From: Azolla caroliniana
Lineage: Eukaryota > Plantae > Polypodiophyta
Reading direction: 5' to 3'
Assembly: GCA_043228905.1 (NCBI GenBank)
Contig: JBHGNT010000007.1
Location: 21,080,001 to 21,144,000 of the forward strand
Length of the DNA: 64,000 nucleotides
Position numbers and translations under genes: made by a program
In this document: one piece after another, positions 11,083 through 23,243 of the stretch
Position numbering within the stretch: the stretch's first letter is position 1
Layout of the letters: each line of letters begins with the position of its first letter
The notes under the pieces: model-generated
The model's input: only the letters and a program-made list of their open reading frames with translations
Told to the model about the DNA's origin: nothing
Database searches by the model: none

Positions 11083-13745
11083 ACAACGACGGTACCGGAT
11101 GAATCCAAATTACGCTGCCAAAGTCAAGGAGGAAATCGACAAGTTGCTGAGGGTTGGCTTTATCCGCCCAGTATAGAAATCTACATGGCTGAGCCCGATA
11201 GTAGTCGTACCAAAGAAAAATGGCAAAATTAGAGTTTGTGTCGACTACCGTAAGCTTAATGCGGCCATGAGGTATACAGTTTCTTAGACGGATTTAGCGG
11301 ATACAACCAGATCCGGATGCACCCCGATGACCAGGAGAAAACGGCTTTCGTCACCGAATGGGGAGTGTTTGTTGCTGTAGTAATGATGTTCGGACTAAAA
11401 ACGGCGCCAGCAACGTTCCAGAGGATTATCATGGAAATATTCGGAGAATTCATACCGGCATTCATGCAGGTGTTTCTGGATGACTTCACCGTCTATAGTT
11501 GGGAAGGAGATCACTTTCAGCACCACCGGCTATGTCTAGAGAAATTTCGGGCTTACCGGCTAAGCTTGAATCCGGCAAAGTGTGTATTCAGAGTGTCAAG
11601 CGGGGGGCTATTAGGACAAGTTCTGAGCAAGGAAGGAATTGTCATGGACCCGGACAAAGTAAAAGCAATCTTGGAGGCACCGGCACAAACAACGGCCAAG
11701 GCATTAAGCCGTTTCTTAGGCTAAATCCGGTGGCATAGCCGAATGCTTCGGTATCTGGCGGACTTGGCTACACCGCTGCATGTTGCGGTACACCGAACAC
11801 CGTTCCAATGGACCGATACCGAAGAGAAGGCGTACCGGGCACTCAAAGTACTATTATTATAAGCGTCGGTAGTATAACCTCCGGATTGGGCTAAGGAGTT
11901 TCATGTGTTCGTGGATGCGTCCGACATTGCAATCGGAAGTGCGCTGATGCAACTTACGGAGCCAAGGTGGTACCGGCCCGTATATTACGCAAGCCGAAAG
12001 TTATCCCAAGTAGAACGAAATTATTCCACCACGGAAAGGGAAGCTTTGGGCATGATCTATAGCGTGACAAAATTCAGACATTATTTGCTGGGAAGGAAAT
12101 TTTCCTTCCATGTAGATCATTCGGCACTCCTCTATTTAGTTTCCAAAGCGTCACTAACCGGTAAGTTGGCACGGTGGACTTTACTATTGCAGGAATTTGA
12201 GTTCGAAATATTCCACCGACCCGGCATACAGCACACAGTAGCAGACTGTTTGAGCCGGTTAGATTCCGGCGAGACGGGTGATGGAGTCCCGGACGAGTTT
12301 CCAGATGCTGAGCTATTTCGACTCACCGCGGAAACTGCAATAGATGAAATGGTGGCACAAGAAGATAAGTGGTTGATAAATATGCAACAATTTCTGAGCA
12401 CCGGATTGCCTCCGGACGAAAGGAAACGCCTGGCGGTACAAAGTCGGCACTTCTGTTTAGTACAGGACACGCTATAGCACAAAGGCGTGGACGGTATATG
12501 GCAATGGGCAGTGCGCAGCGACGAGAAGGATATCATACTACGAGAAGCACGCTGCGGAGTCGCCAGAGGCCATTATGTCGGAGATGCTACGGCAAGGAAG
12601 ATATGGCAAAGTGACCTATGGTGGCCGACAACATTGAAAGATGTGGTCCAGTACGCTAAAGAATGCGATCTATGTCAACGAATGGGCCAGCCAACCGAAC
12701 AAGCTAGGATGACGCACCGGTACTGCCGTTAGAACCATTTCAGAAATGGGGGCTGGACTTTGTGGGTCCATTCAAACCACCGACAATGAGAACCGGCAAC
12801 TGGTATGTGATCGTAGCTACGGATTACTACACGAAATGGGTAGAAGCCAAAACCTTGCGCGACAACACCGCGACATCGACGACGAAATTCTTGTATGAAT
12901 ACATTTGGTATAGGTATGAATGCCCGATCGAGCTAATAAGTGACCAAGGAGGGCACTTCGTCGGCCAAGTGGTGGAAAGCTTGACGTCGTTCTATGCCGT
13001 GGTGCATAAACGGAGCACGCCATACTATCCGCAAGCAAACGGGTTAGCCGAGTCAACAAACAAAACGCTACAGAATATCCTTCGGAAAATCTTCAACGAA
13101 AACCGGACAGACTGGGATACGAAGTTGCACAGCGCACTCTGGGCGTACCGGACAGCCTACAAAACAAGCATCCAAACCACACCGTTCCGGCTTGTTACCG
13201 GCTGGCAAAGGAGCCCAGAGTGTGAAACGGAGGAGTTATTTAATTATTAGGAATGGTTGTAAGTAAGCTATTAGTGTGGACAGACGGACCGGAATCGGTA
13301 TGCCGTTCCGGATCTGGACCGATCCCGAAGAGGTGCGGATGGCACCGTTTTGTACTACAAACCGGAAACCTATTTAAAGGCCCGTATACAATGTAATGAG
13401 CAGCGGATAATTAATGAACCGTACTGGATCACACGCGAGTTCAATGGATCCTACCAGTTAGGGACACTTGTCGGCGAAGTCCTGGGTAAGTGGGTCAACG
13501 GATTTCGACTAAAGCCATACAAGGGACCCATGACGAGGAACCCATTTGAACAAGGAAAGGCTGATGCCGAACCAAATACTGGAATACCGGAAACAACGGC
13601 AACCCAATTAGCAATCAGCAACAACGAAGCCGGTAAGGGGGACAAAGAGCCGGCACACGGGTTGGATAAGAGGACGGAAAATCGTCACGAGGCCGGCAAG
13701 ATTCCTCATTCGGGTAAGGGTCCGTTAGGACCGGAGACGAATTAA
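11083..13745 (+). pseudogene. Gypsy (non-chromovirus) pol: RT, RNase H, integrase; gag and protease deleted
   Basis: RRYRMNPNYAAKVKEEIDKLL..WLSPIVVVPKKNGKIRVCVDYRKLN; VFLDDF; VDASDIAIG..YYASRKL..NYSTTEREAL; ISDQGGHF..YYPQANGLAE; PYWITREFNGSY..VNGFRLKPY. Confidence 0.93.
13193..13418 (+). repeat. Truncated LTR related to 10580-11043, inserted in the integrase
   Basis: Starts tgttaccgg and shares gtggac.gac.gaccggaatcggtatgccg.tccggatc..gaccgatcccgaa with 10701-10755. Confidence 0.8.
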
Positions 13746-14139
13746 CCTAACAATTGAGAATTTTAAAATAAAAAATAAAAAATATCGAATCGAATCAAAG
13801 AAATCATGCAAAGGAGTGGTGGGAACGGCCATGCAAACGAGGAGTAAAGAGGCACTTCAAAAAGGTACGAGGAGGCTATGAATAGGGCATTAAAACACCG
13901 CCACATGGCACGTAATGCTATTATAGTACACGACCTGCACATGTGTAGGCTCGAAAAAGGCGCCAAGATGCAGAGAGAAAACACCCCCCGCATCGAGACC
14001 ACCTTCTTTCGTGAACCAAGGACCACAGACGCACACAGGCGCTTGAAGATCATCAGAAGAGAGCCAACACACAGAGCTTCCTCACACAGAGCCTCCTCAT
14101 ACACAACCCTCACCAACGTTGTCCGACCTCGACACAGAC

Positions 14140-17100
14140 ATGGCCTGCCAGACTCTCTCTGAAGCCGCCAAGAAATGGCTACGACAACACAGTGTCCCGT
14201 TGTTACGCGCGCGCGTGTAGAAGGGCGGGACCACGGGGGCCTTGGACTAGGGAGTGGAGGAGAAAGATTAGCTCAAGAGGAGAAGAGAACGAATATGACA
14301 TTATGATAGAAGAAGAAGTTGCAATCAAGATACTCAACAAGAAGTTCTATTAAGAAATGAATGATTACAACAAGTGGTGGCCGCCATGGCCGCACCAAAC
14401 GACTATATGAAAAACCCTAAAGGAAAACCCAAGAAGAAAACCCTAACCGAAACCCTAACCCTAAAACAAAATGGGAAGAAGTAGAACCCTCGACTAAGTG
14501 GTATACCGTACTCACACAAAATAGGCAACCCCCACAATGGTGCCTTCTCTCTCCTTTTATAGCACAAGGAGGGAAGACCGCTTACAAAAGTGAGACTAAA
14601 ATATCCCCTTTCATTCAAAGGGGATATTTGCCTTGATTTGGGGGAGGGTGAGATTGATGGCCCTTAACTCCCACCTCCTCACAAACAACTAGGTACCTAT
14701 GTACCGCATAGTACCTCTCTCTCTCTCTCTCGCGTGGATGTGCCTACAACCTCATCACCTTTATACCTTTATTACTATTACAAATACATTATGTATGTGT
14801 GCAACGTTGCATATCGCTCTTTGGCTCTCGTTACTCAGGTTTCCACTTGTGGACGAAAATCTTCACAACAACGGATTGGAGGGGTTCCTCACAATCATGG
14901 ACGCACCACCACACAGAGAAGCCGACAAGATCATCAAAGACATTGACACCGAGTTGATCACGGAGGAAGCAATCCGGGCACTAACAGGCCTTCAGGAGGG
15001 GGGCATCTATACCATTGACAACCCTACTTCCGAATGGCTCATCAAATACTTCAGCGAGTATTCTCTGGCCAACAAGGGCTACAGGACACTAGGCGGAGAA
15101 GATATATTATTCCGAGAAATTGCTCGTGTACTCCATGAGTTTGGCCACGTATACCCTCGACCCCCCATCATGCCTCAGAACCGAGCAGGCTTGATCATTG
15201 CAACATACGAAGGGGTCAAGGTGGATTGGCCGGTGCTGATCGCTGACGGATTATGTGTGGCTATTGGCACCGTAAGAGGCAAGAAAGCTAAAGAAGGCCG
15301 GAAAATATGGCATGCGGTGGCGCAATGGCTCACCCTTCTGGCGCCACCGGTCGAGCCCGTCTAGACCAAGAAGCGGGGAAGAGTACCGGAAAGCACCCCG
15401 AGAGCTACTTCAAAACGACAACAGTTGTTGGCCACCAAGACTACTAAGGGGAAGACAACCGACACGGAGCAGGCAACGAAGGAGCACGCCATCCGGAAGC
15501 AGCTGACGGAGACGCACGAGGAGACACCAGCATGGCCCCTGAAGAGTCCACTCCACCGACCGGTGCAGCAAGAAACGGACACCCTGGCGGCAATAATGAA
15601 TGCCGAGACTCAGGAGGAGGAAACGGAGGAAGAGCCTACGGAGCACCTCTAGCGGCGGCCGGTGAAGAGCACCACCGAATCAGCCGGGAAGCGGTCGGAC
15701 CCACAAAAGGATGGAATAGCTTTACCCCACACTGAGAAGCCCACGCCAAGGAAGGAACCGGAACCGGTTCGGATGGAACCGGTCTCAGAAGCCCCTGCAC
15801 GACAGGCAATATCGGCGGGTCAGGGAATGACGAGCCCCAAAAGGCAAGCATCGGTAATGCAGGTGCCACCTTCCTCAACCGGCCAAGAACAAACAGAACA
15901 AGTGCGGCCAACCGAAACACAACCGGAACCTGAACGGCAAAGTGGTCAGCAGGCAGAGTCGGAATTGTCGCTCGACGCAGTAAGGTGGGACCAGCCACCG
16001 GCAAGTGAACCCATCAGCCAACCCTCCGTGCAAACGCAACAAATGGCTCCGGTGGATAGGAGAGCAAGTTGCCGGAGTGATACTGTATGTAGACGCGGAA
16101 GAACGAGCACAGATGGAACGGTTGCTAGTCACAACCGATGAACTAGAGACGGCCCGATCAAGGATCCGGTGCCTCGAACAAGACTTGGATCGGATCACAG
16201 AAGACATGGCCAAAATGGCCTTAACCGCAACACAGATCCAAGCACCGGTGACTCCGGTGGATGTACATACAAATAAGACCCCGGAGACAGAAACTGTGCC
16301 GGAGAAAGATGCGGCGCAAGCCCAAGAGCTTGCCGAATTAAGGCATGAAGAAAGCGGCATAAGAGGAGTTAAGGAAAACTACTGAAAACCTCCGCCAGGC
16401 AGAAGAAAATCTGTGGAAACGGCATCAAGCTTACGACCGGCTAAAGGAGGAAAAAGAAAAATTGCTACAGGAGAAGGATAAGCTGCTACGGATGGCAGAA
16501 ACGGAAATAGAAAGGCTCAAAGAAGAACTCCGTCAACAAAAGGACCGGGAAGACCGCGCTCGCCGGCAAATCAACCAGAGGCTGAAGCAGAAGACAGAGG
16601 ACTTCGACCACCTGCACCGGAACTTTAAGATCTTTGACACGGAGTATAAGCAACAGCAGGAAATGACGGCCGAGCTCCGGCAGGAAGTTTATAGGGCCAC
16701 AACGGCACTCGCCAACAAACGAACTGAGAATACAAAGCTATTGGAGGAAGCGGCGAGGAACCGGACGGAGCTCCACAAGTAGAACCATGAAGAAAAGGAA
16801 AGGGCGACAATGGTGTTACAGAGGTTGCAAACAACCTATCAAAGTCAATTGTCGCATTATAGAGAGCAGGAGGCGGACACGGTCAGAATCATCAAGCAAT
16901 TGAAAGAGGAGCGACAAGCCGCGGAGAACAAATCACAAATGGGAACCGAACAGATCCAGTGCATCCTCCGGGCATGGCTCAACAAGACCAAACGCTTGAT
17001 TGACGAGAGTTTTTGGGCAATGGTGGACGAAGTGAGCGCAGATTACGGCTGAACTCCAGTTGCTCAGGGCGGACGCCGAAAACCGACGGAAGGAAGGGGA

Positions 17101-17596
17101 CGACTGTTACATGCTCACATCGAAGGACTTCACCGCCATAAAGGATGAGCTAGCAGAAGATTTCACAGCTCTGGCGGATGAGTAATCGGTGCAGGTCCGG
17201 CAACTCAAAGCTCAACTGGACGACAATCAGATTGATGCTCAAATCCAGTTTGAGAGCTATGAGCGGTCCCGGCTTAGGGAAGAAAAAGCAAGGCAGGCGA
17301 CAACGGTCAACCTCAGTGATGAGGAACCGTCGCCAGTACAAGGACCAGAAGGAGACCAGGCCGGGGTAAGTCAACCAAAGACAACTCCGACGGAGGACAC
17401 AACGAAGGAAACGCCGGTGCCAGAGCAACCATCGGAGCCGCAGCTAGAGTCGGAGCCACAAACAGAGAAGCAACCCCAACCACAATCGAAGCAGCCACAG
17501 CAACAACATCAGCAGCAACAACAGCCACAAAAGGTTCCCGTAGAACCACTGGAGACCCTGGAGCAAAGCATCATGGATATTCTGAACGAAGAGTAA
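14140..17596 (+). pseudogene. Extra 3' gene of the Gypsy element: PMD/transposase_28-like domain, low-complexity linker and coiled-coil; probably spliced
   Basis: ITEEAIRALTGLQEGG...EGVKVDWPVLIADGL resembles plant mobile domain motifs; long E/K/Q/R coiled-coil pieces at 16100-17300; putative GT-AG intron 14693-14838 keeps frame; the stop is followed by a PPT-like aaggggccag and TG. Confidence 0.55.
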
Positions 17597-17652
17597 GGGG
17601 CCAGTGTGGGATTCGACGTACAAGGTACTGTCCCACGGGCGTGCCATGTGTT

Positions 17653-18567
17653 TGTTGGGAGACAGGTCCCTCCGGATGGGAAGAGAGAAGAATAGAACCG
17701 GATAAGGAGTACCCGGCTACGGAGAGACGGATGGTGCAGACCCGGTGAGATCCGGATGAGGAGTACCCGGCTACGGAGAGCCGGATGGTGCAGACCCGGT
17801 GAGATCTGGATGAGGAGTATCCGACTCCTCATCCGGCTACGGAGAGTCGGATGGTGCAGACCCGGTGAGATCCGGATGAGGAGTACCCAACTAAGGAGAG
17901 CCGGATGGTGCAGACCCGGTGAGATCCGAATGAGGAGTACCCGGCTACGGAGAGCCGGATGGTGCAGACCCGGTCAGAACCGGATGAGAAGTACCCGGCT
18001 ACGGAGAGCCGGATGGTGCTGACCCGGTCAGAACCGGATGAGAAGTACCCGGCTACGGAGAGCCGGATGGTGCTGACCCGGTGATGAATGCTCACCGGAC
18101 GAAGAGACATATTCATAAATATGTTTCTGAGAGCCCATCGAGGCTATATTTGTAAATAGCCGAAAAGTCATATTAGTATAAATATGACTTAGGGCAAACT
18201 TATAGTAATTGTTGTTGTTGTCATTTTTCTTGTTGGTGCAAGAAGAAGAGAGAGCACGTAATAGTGTACAGAGAGAGAGAGAGAGAGAAAGAGGTCGTTG
18301 CCTTTGTTGTAACCGCCGCCTGTGGCGAAGATCGTGAGCATGAGGTCGTTGCCTCCGTGAACTCACAGTTTGTACATTCCAACATAGTGATAGTTTGCAG
18401 CCTGTTGGCTGCCGTGGTTTTTCCCCTTAGTTTGGGTTTTCCACGTAAACATCCTGTGCACCTTTTCTCTCCTTTGTGTCGTGTTTTTTCCGTTTCCTAT
18501 TTTCTGTGTATGATTCTAAGCTCGGTTGTGGCCGAGCGTTGTGCATAAGGACGTTGGCATCCGATCA
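17653..18567 (+). repeat. 5' LTR (915 bp)
   Basis: tgttgggagacagg...ccgatca, followed by the iMet PBS. Confidence 0.9.
17695..18082 (+). repeat. 54-bp tandem repeat, 7 copies, inside the LTR U3
   Basis: Unit gagatccggatgaggagtacccggctacggagagccggatggtgcagacccggt, seen as 18-aa periodicity in the ORF track. Confidence 0.95.
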
Positions 18568-18596
18568 AGTGGTATCAAAGCGAAACGACATAGAAA

Positions 18597-21500
18597 ATGG
18601 ACGAATCGTTTGGCGGCATGTTCAAGCTCACCGGCTCCAACTATTCAGTGTGGAAGTCGAAGATGAGGGACATGCTCGTGGTTAAAGACCTCTGGCTACC
18701 GGTTCAGTTCGGGGACAAGAGACCGGACAAAATCGACGCCACAATATGGGAAGTGATGCACATGAAGACAACGGCGTACATACGGTGCTTCATCGACATG
18801 AGCCTGTACAACAACTTCAATGAAGAGAGCAAGGCTCATGAGCTCTGGGAGAAGATCGGCATAATGTTTCAAAACAAAAATGTTGTTAATCAGGTTTCGG
18901 TATTCCGAAAGCTAGTAAGACTCCGGTACCAAGATGGCTCCAGCATGGCTGAGCACATGAATGCCTTCCAGGGGCTGATTCACCAGGCAACTTCATTGGA
19001 AGTACCTCTCGCCGATGAGGTACTAGCACTACTTCTGCTCGGTTCCCTCCCAGATAGCTGGGAGACGTTGGTTGTCACTTTGGGCAACGCTGGGCTGGAA
19101 GGAAAGTGGTTATCCCTAGCAAGAGTAAAGTCGAGCTTGCTAGATGAGGAGGTGCGTCGGAAAGATAAAGATACGAGCTCCGACTCCAAAGCGCTCCTTA
19201 CCGAATCGGAACGCGGAAGACATAGAAACCGTAGTCCCTAGAACCGGGAGAAGTCGGGGACACGGTCAAAGTCAAGGGGGAGGCCCACTTGCTTCTATTG
19301 CGGCAAGCCAGGACACTTCCAAAAGAACTGTCGGCATTTCAGTAAAGACAAGGAAACCGACGGTACCGATTCGAAGCGGACCCCGAACCGGAACGGTAAA
19401 GACCGGAGGGGGCCGGACCGGAAGGGAACGATGACAATCGCGGCAAGTGAAGAAGAGTTGATGCTCATCACCGAGGAGATTGAGATAAACCTTGCCGGCG
19501 ACGAGATGACCTGGGTGGTAGACTCCGGAGCATCGTTCCACCTTACCCCGGACCGAAAATGCTTCTCATCCTACTCAGCCGGTGATCACGGCTGTGTCCG
19601 GATGGGGAATGAAGGTACATGCCGAATTATCGGCATAGGAGACGTGTGGCTGTCAACACCAACTGGATGCAAGTTGTTGTTAGAGGATGTTCGACACGTT
19701 CCGGAGGTTCGTTTGAACCTGATATCAGCCGGTCGGCTAGATGATGAAGGCTACACGGGTAGCATCCGGAATGGTGTCATAAAGTTCAGCAAAGGGAGCC
19801 TGATTGTGGCTCAGGCCCGGAAGGTCAACACACTGTACCTGATGAATGCCCGGTTATGTCTAGAAGAAGTGATCGTGGCATCCGACACTGCCGGTGAGCT
19901 GTGGCACAAGAGGTTATGTCACATGAGCGAGAAGGGGATGAAGAGGCTTGCAGACGACAACCTCATTCCAGTGAAGAACGTGCACTTCGAGAAGTGCACT
20001 GATTGTCTGGCCGGTAAGCAAAACCGGACCTCCTTCCGACCAAGCCCACCGATGAGACGTAATGCACCACTGGAGTTGGTGCATACGGATGTGTGTCAAG
20101 TAGACACGAAGTCACATGCCGGAGCGCAGTACTCCGTGACGTTCATAGATGACCACAGCCGGAAGCTGTGGGCCACATCGCTGAAGACGAAGGATTAGGT
20201 GCTATCCGTCTTCAAAGAGCTCCACGCGAGAGTGGAAAGAGAAACCGGCCGGAAGCTTAAGGCGGTTCGAGCAGATAACAGAGGAGAATATCGGGGGCAG
20301 TTCGAGGAGTACTGCTGCTTGAAGGGAATCCGGCTCGAATTTACCGTGCCGAAGACGCCGAAACTAAACCGACTGGCCGAGAGGATGAACCGGACCATAA
20401 TGGAGAGGGTCCGGAGTATGCTAGCGCATGCAAGACTACCCAAGAAGTTTTGGGCTGAGGCAATGTCGACATCGACATACGTGATAAACAGATCACCCTC
20501 AGTACCCTTGGACGGAGACACGCCACAGAGAGTCTGGACCGGTAAGGAAGTGTCCTACAGGCATCTGAAGGTATTCGGGTGTCTCGCGTACGTGCATGTA
20601 GCTAAGGACCGGAGAGGAAAGTTAGATCCAAAGACCCGGCCATGCATATTCCTCGGTTACGGTGACGATGAGTTCAATTACCGAGTGTGGGACCTGGTTG
20701 ACAAGAAGGTATTCCAGAGTCAAGATATTATCTTCATGGAGGACAAGACGCTCGCCGACTGGGAGTCGGAGAAGAAGATAATGAACTCCGAGTTGACCGG
20801 TAAGGATCGACTCTACGATGAGCAGAACCAACCGGCAAGAGACCGGTTAGCACTCGAGGGACCAGCCGGTTACGGTGAGGATACCGAACAGGCTGAAGAA
20901 GAAGTAGTGGAAGCTGAAACCGGAACCGGCCAAGACCCGAGGAGCCAGTTACCGAAGCCCGAAGACGGAGATATCCTCTCAGAGAGAGAAGGGCCCCCCG
21001 GAGATTTCCGGATGCAGAGCATGTTCTGCTGACCGATGAGGGGGAGCCGGAAAGCTTCGAAGAAGCGAAGGATGACACCCACAGCCGCAAATGGTTAAGT
21101 GCCATGCAGGACGAGATGGATTCCTTGCATGAGAACCATACGTACGAATTGGTGGAGTTGCCGAAAGGAAAGCGGGCACTCCGAAACAAGTGGGTGTACA
21201 AGTTGAAACCGGGAGATGCCGGCAACCCCCCAAGATACAAAGCCAGGATCGTGCTGAAGGGGTTCCAACAGAAGAAAGGCATGGACTTCGACGAGATATT
21301 TGCCCCGGTAGTAAAGATGACCTCCATCCGGACGGTGCTGAGTATATCGGCAAGCATGGACCTCGAGGTAGAGCAGCTGGACGTGAAGACGGCATTCCTT
21401 CACGGTGATCTCGAAGAGGAGATGTACATTCAACAACCGGAAGTATACATGGAGAAAGGGAAGGAGCACCTGGTTTGCCAGTTGAAGAAGAGCCTGTATG

Positions 21501-22615
21501 GACTGAAGCAGGCTCCCCGACAATGGTACCGGAAGTTCGACTCCTTCATGACCGATCAAGGGTACCACAAGACGCAGGCCGATCACTGCGTGTTTGTGAA
21601 GAAGTTCGAAGGAGGCGACTTCTTGATACTCCTTCTGTACGTGGATGACATGTTGATTGTCGGACGAGACGAAGCCAAAATACGGGTGTTAAAGAAGGCT
21701 CTCAACCGAAGTTTCGCAATGAAAGACTTGGGTTCGGCAAGACAGATGTTGGGGATGCATATCATCCGGGACCGGCCAACGAAGCAATTGTGGTTGTCAC
21801 AGGAGAAATACGTGACAAAGGTGCTTCAGCAGTTCAACATGTTAGAAGCAAGACCAGTCGGATCGACACTCCCGGAAAACTGCAGACTATCCAGTAAGCA
21901 AAGCCCGAAGACGAAAGTAGAGAAGGCTGATATGATGAAGGTTCCATATGCCTCTGCCGTCGGGAGCTTGATGTACACAATGGTGTGTACTCGACCGGAT
22001 ATTGGATACGCAATCGGAGTGGTGAGCCGGTTTATGAGCAATCTCGACAAGCAGCACTGGAACGCGGTCAAATAGATACTCCAGTACCTGAAGGGCAGTT
22101 CAAATATGTGTCTCCAATTCGGCTCCGGTAAACCTCAACTTGATGGTTTTACCAATTCGGACATGTCGGCTGATGTGGATACCAACCGGTCTACATCCGG
22201 GTATGTAATGACATATGCAGGGGGAGCTGTTTCATGGCAGTCGAGGCTGCAGAAGACGGTTGCGTTGTCAACCACGGAGGCGGAGTACATGGCAGCTGTG
22301 GAAGCCGGCAAGGAAATATTATGGATGAAGGACTTCATCGGAGAGCTCAGTATCCGGCAAGATGAATACCGGCTCTATTGTGATAGTCAAAGTGCCATCC
22401 ACCTTGCTAAGAACGCAACGTACCATTCCAGGACGAAGCACATCCAGCGTAGGTATCACTGGATCCGGGAGCGAGTAGAAGATCGAGAGTTCGCGCTGAC
22501 GAAGATCCACACGGCCGAGAACGGGTCAGATATGCTGACCAAAGTATTGATACCCGACAAGTTGGATGCATGCCGGAAGCCGATCGGACTAGTAAGACAT
22601 CCCATGCCGGAGTGA
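18597..22615 (+). pseudogene. Copia gag-pol polyprotein (Tnt1/Tork-like), few stops and one deletion
   Basis: MFKLTGSNYSVWKSKMRDML; CFYCGKPGH; TWVVDSGASFH; LWHKRLCHMSEKG; LELVHTDVC; RADNRGEY; LLLYVDDML; SWQSRLQKTVALSTTEAEY; HSRTKHIQRRYHWIRE. Confidence 0.95.
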
Positions 22616-22625
22616 AGGGGGAGTT

Positions 22626-23243
22626 TGTTAGGAAACAGGTCTCTCCGGATGGGAAGTGAGAAGAATAGTGTTGACGAGGAAACTAGGCCGAGGCCGAATC
22701 CGGATGTGGAGTACCCGGCAACGGAAGACCCGGTGAGAACCGGATGACGAGTACCCGGCAAGGAAGGCCCGGTGAGAACCGGATGACGAGTGCCTGGCAA
22801 GAGCCGGATGGTGAAGGCCCAGTGAGAAGTGCTCACCGGATGAAGGGACATATTCGTAAATATGTTTCTGAGAGTCCATCGAGGCTATATTTGTAAATAG
22901 CTGAAAAGTCATATTAGTATAAATATGACTTAGGGCAAACTGAGTGTAGATGTATAGCGTTCATTCTTGTTCGTGCAAGATTTGAGTGCATAACTGTGTA
23001 CAGAGAGAGAGATAGAGAGAGGAAGAGGTCGTTGCCTCGGTGCTTTACTATTATACATTGTGATATAGTGATAGTTTGCAGTCTGTGGACTGTCGTGGTT
23101 TTTTCCCTAGTTTAGGTTTTCCACGTTAACATCCTGTGTACTCTCCTCTTCAGTGTGTCGTGCGTTCATTACCCGTTTTCTGTGTTTGATCCTACGCTCG
23201 GTTGTGGCCGAGCGTTGTTCATCAAGAGCGTGTATTCCTGTCA
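22626..23243 (+). repeat. 3' LTR (618 bp) with 39-bp repeats
   Basis: tgttaggaaacagg...cctgtca after the PPT. Homologous to, but clearly diverged from, 17653-18567. Confidence 0.88.

Larger units (their letters stand above)
17653..23243 (+). mobile_element. Near-complete Ty1/Copia element with dissimilar LTRs and no matching TSD
   Basis: 5' LTR 17653-18567; PBS tggtatcaaagc at 18570-18581; gag-pol 18597-22615; PPT aagggggag at about 22615-22623; 3' LTR 22626-23243. Flanks gtgtt and gacat do not match. Confidence 0.93.

Noticed and set aside
14410-14465. AAACCCTAA cluster as a second telomeric array
   Set aside because: There are only about four dispersed units within a decayed coding or leader region, and telo-boxes are common in plant TEs.
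17695-18082. CRISPR-like array
   Set aside because: The units are contiguous 54-bp tandem copies with no unique spacers, inside a plant LTR, and there are no cas genes.
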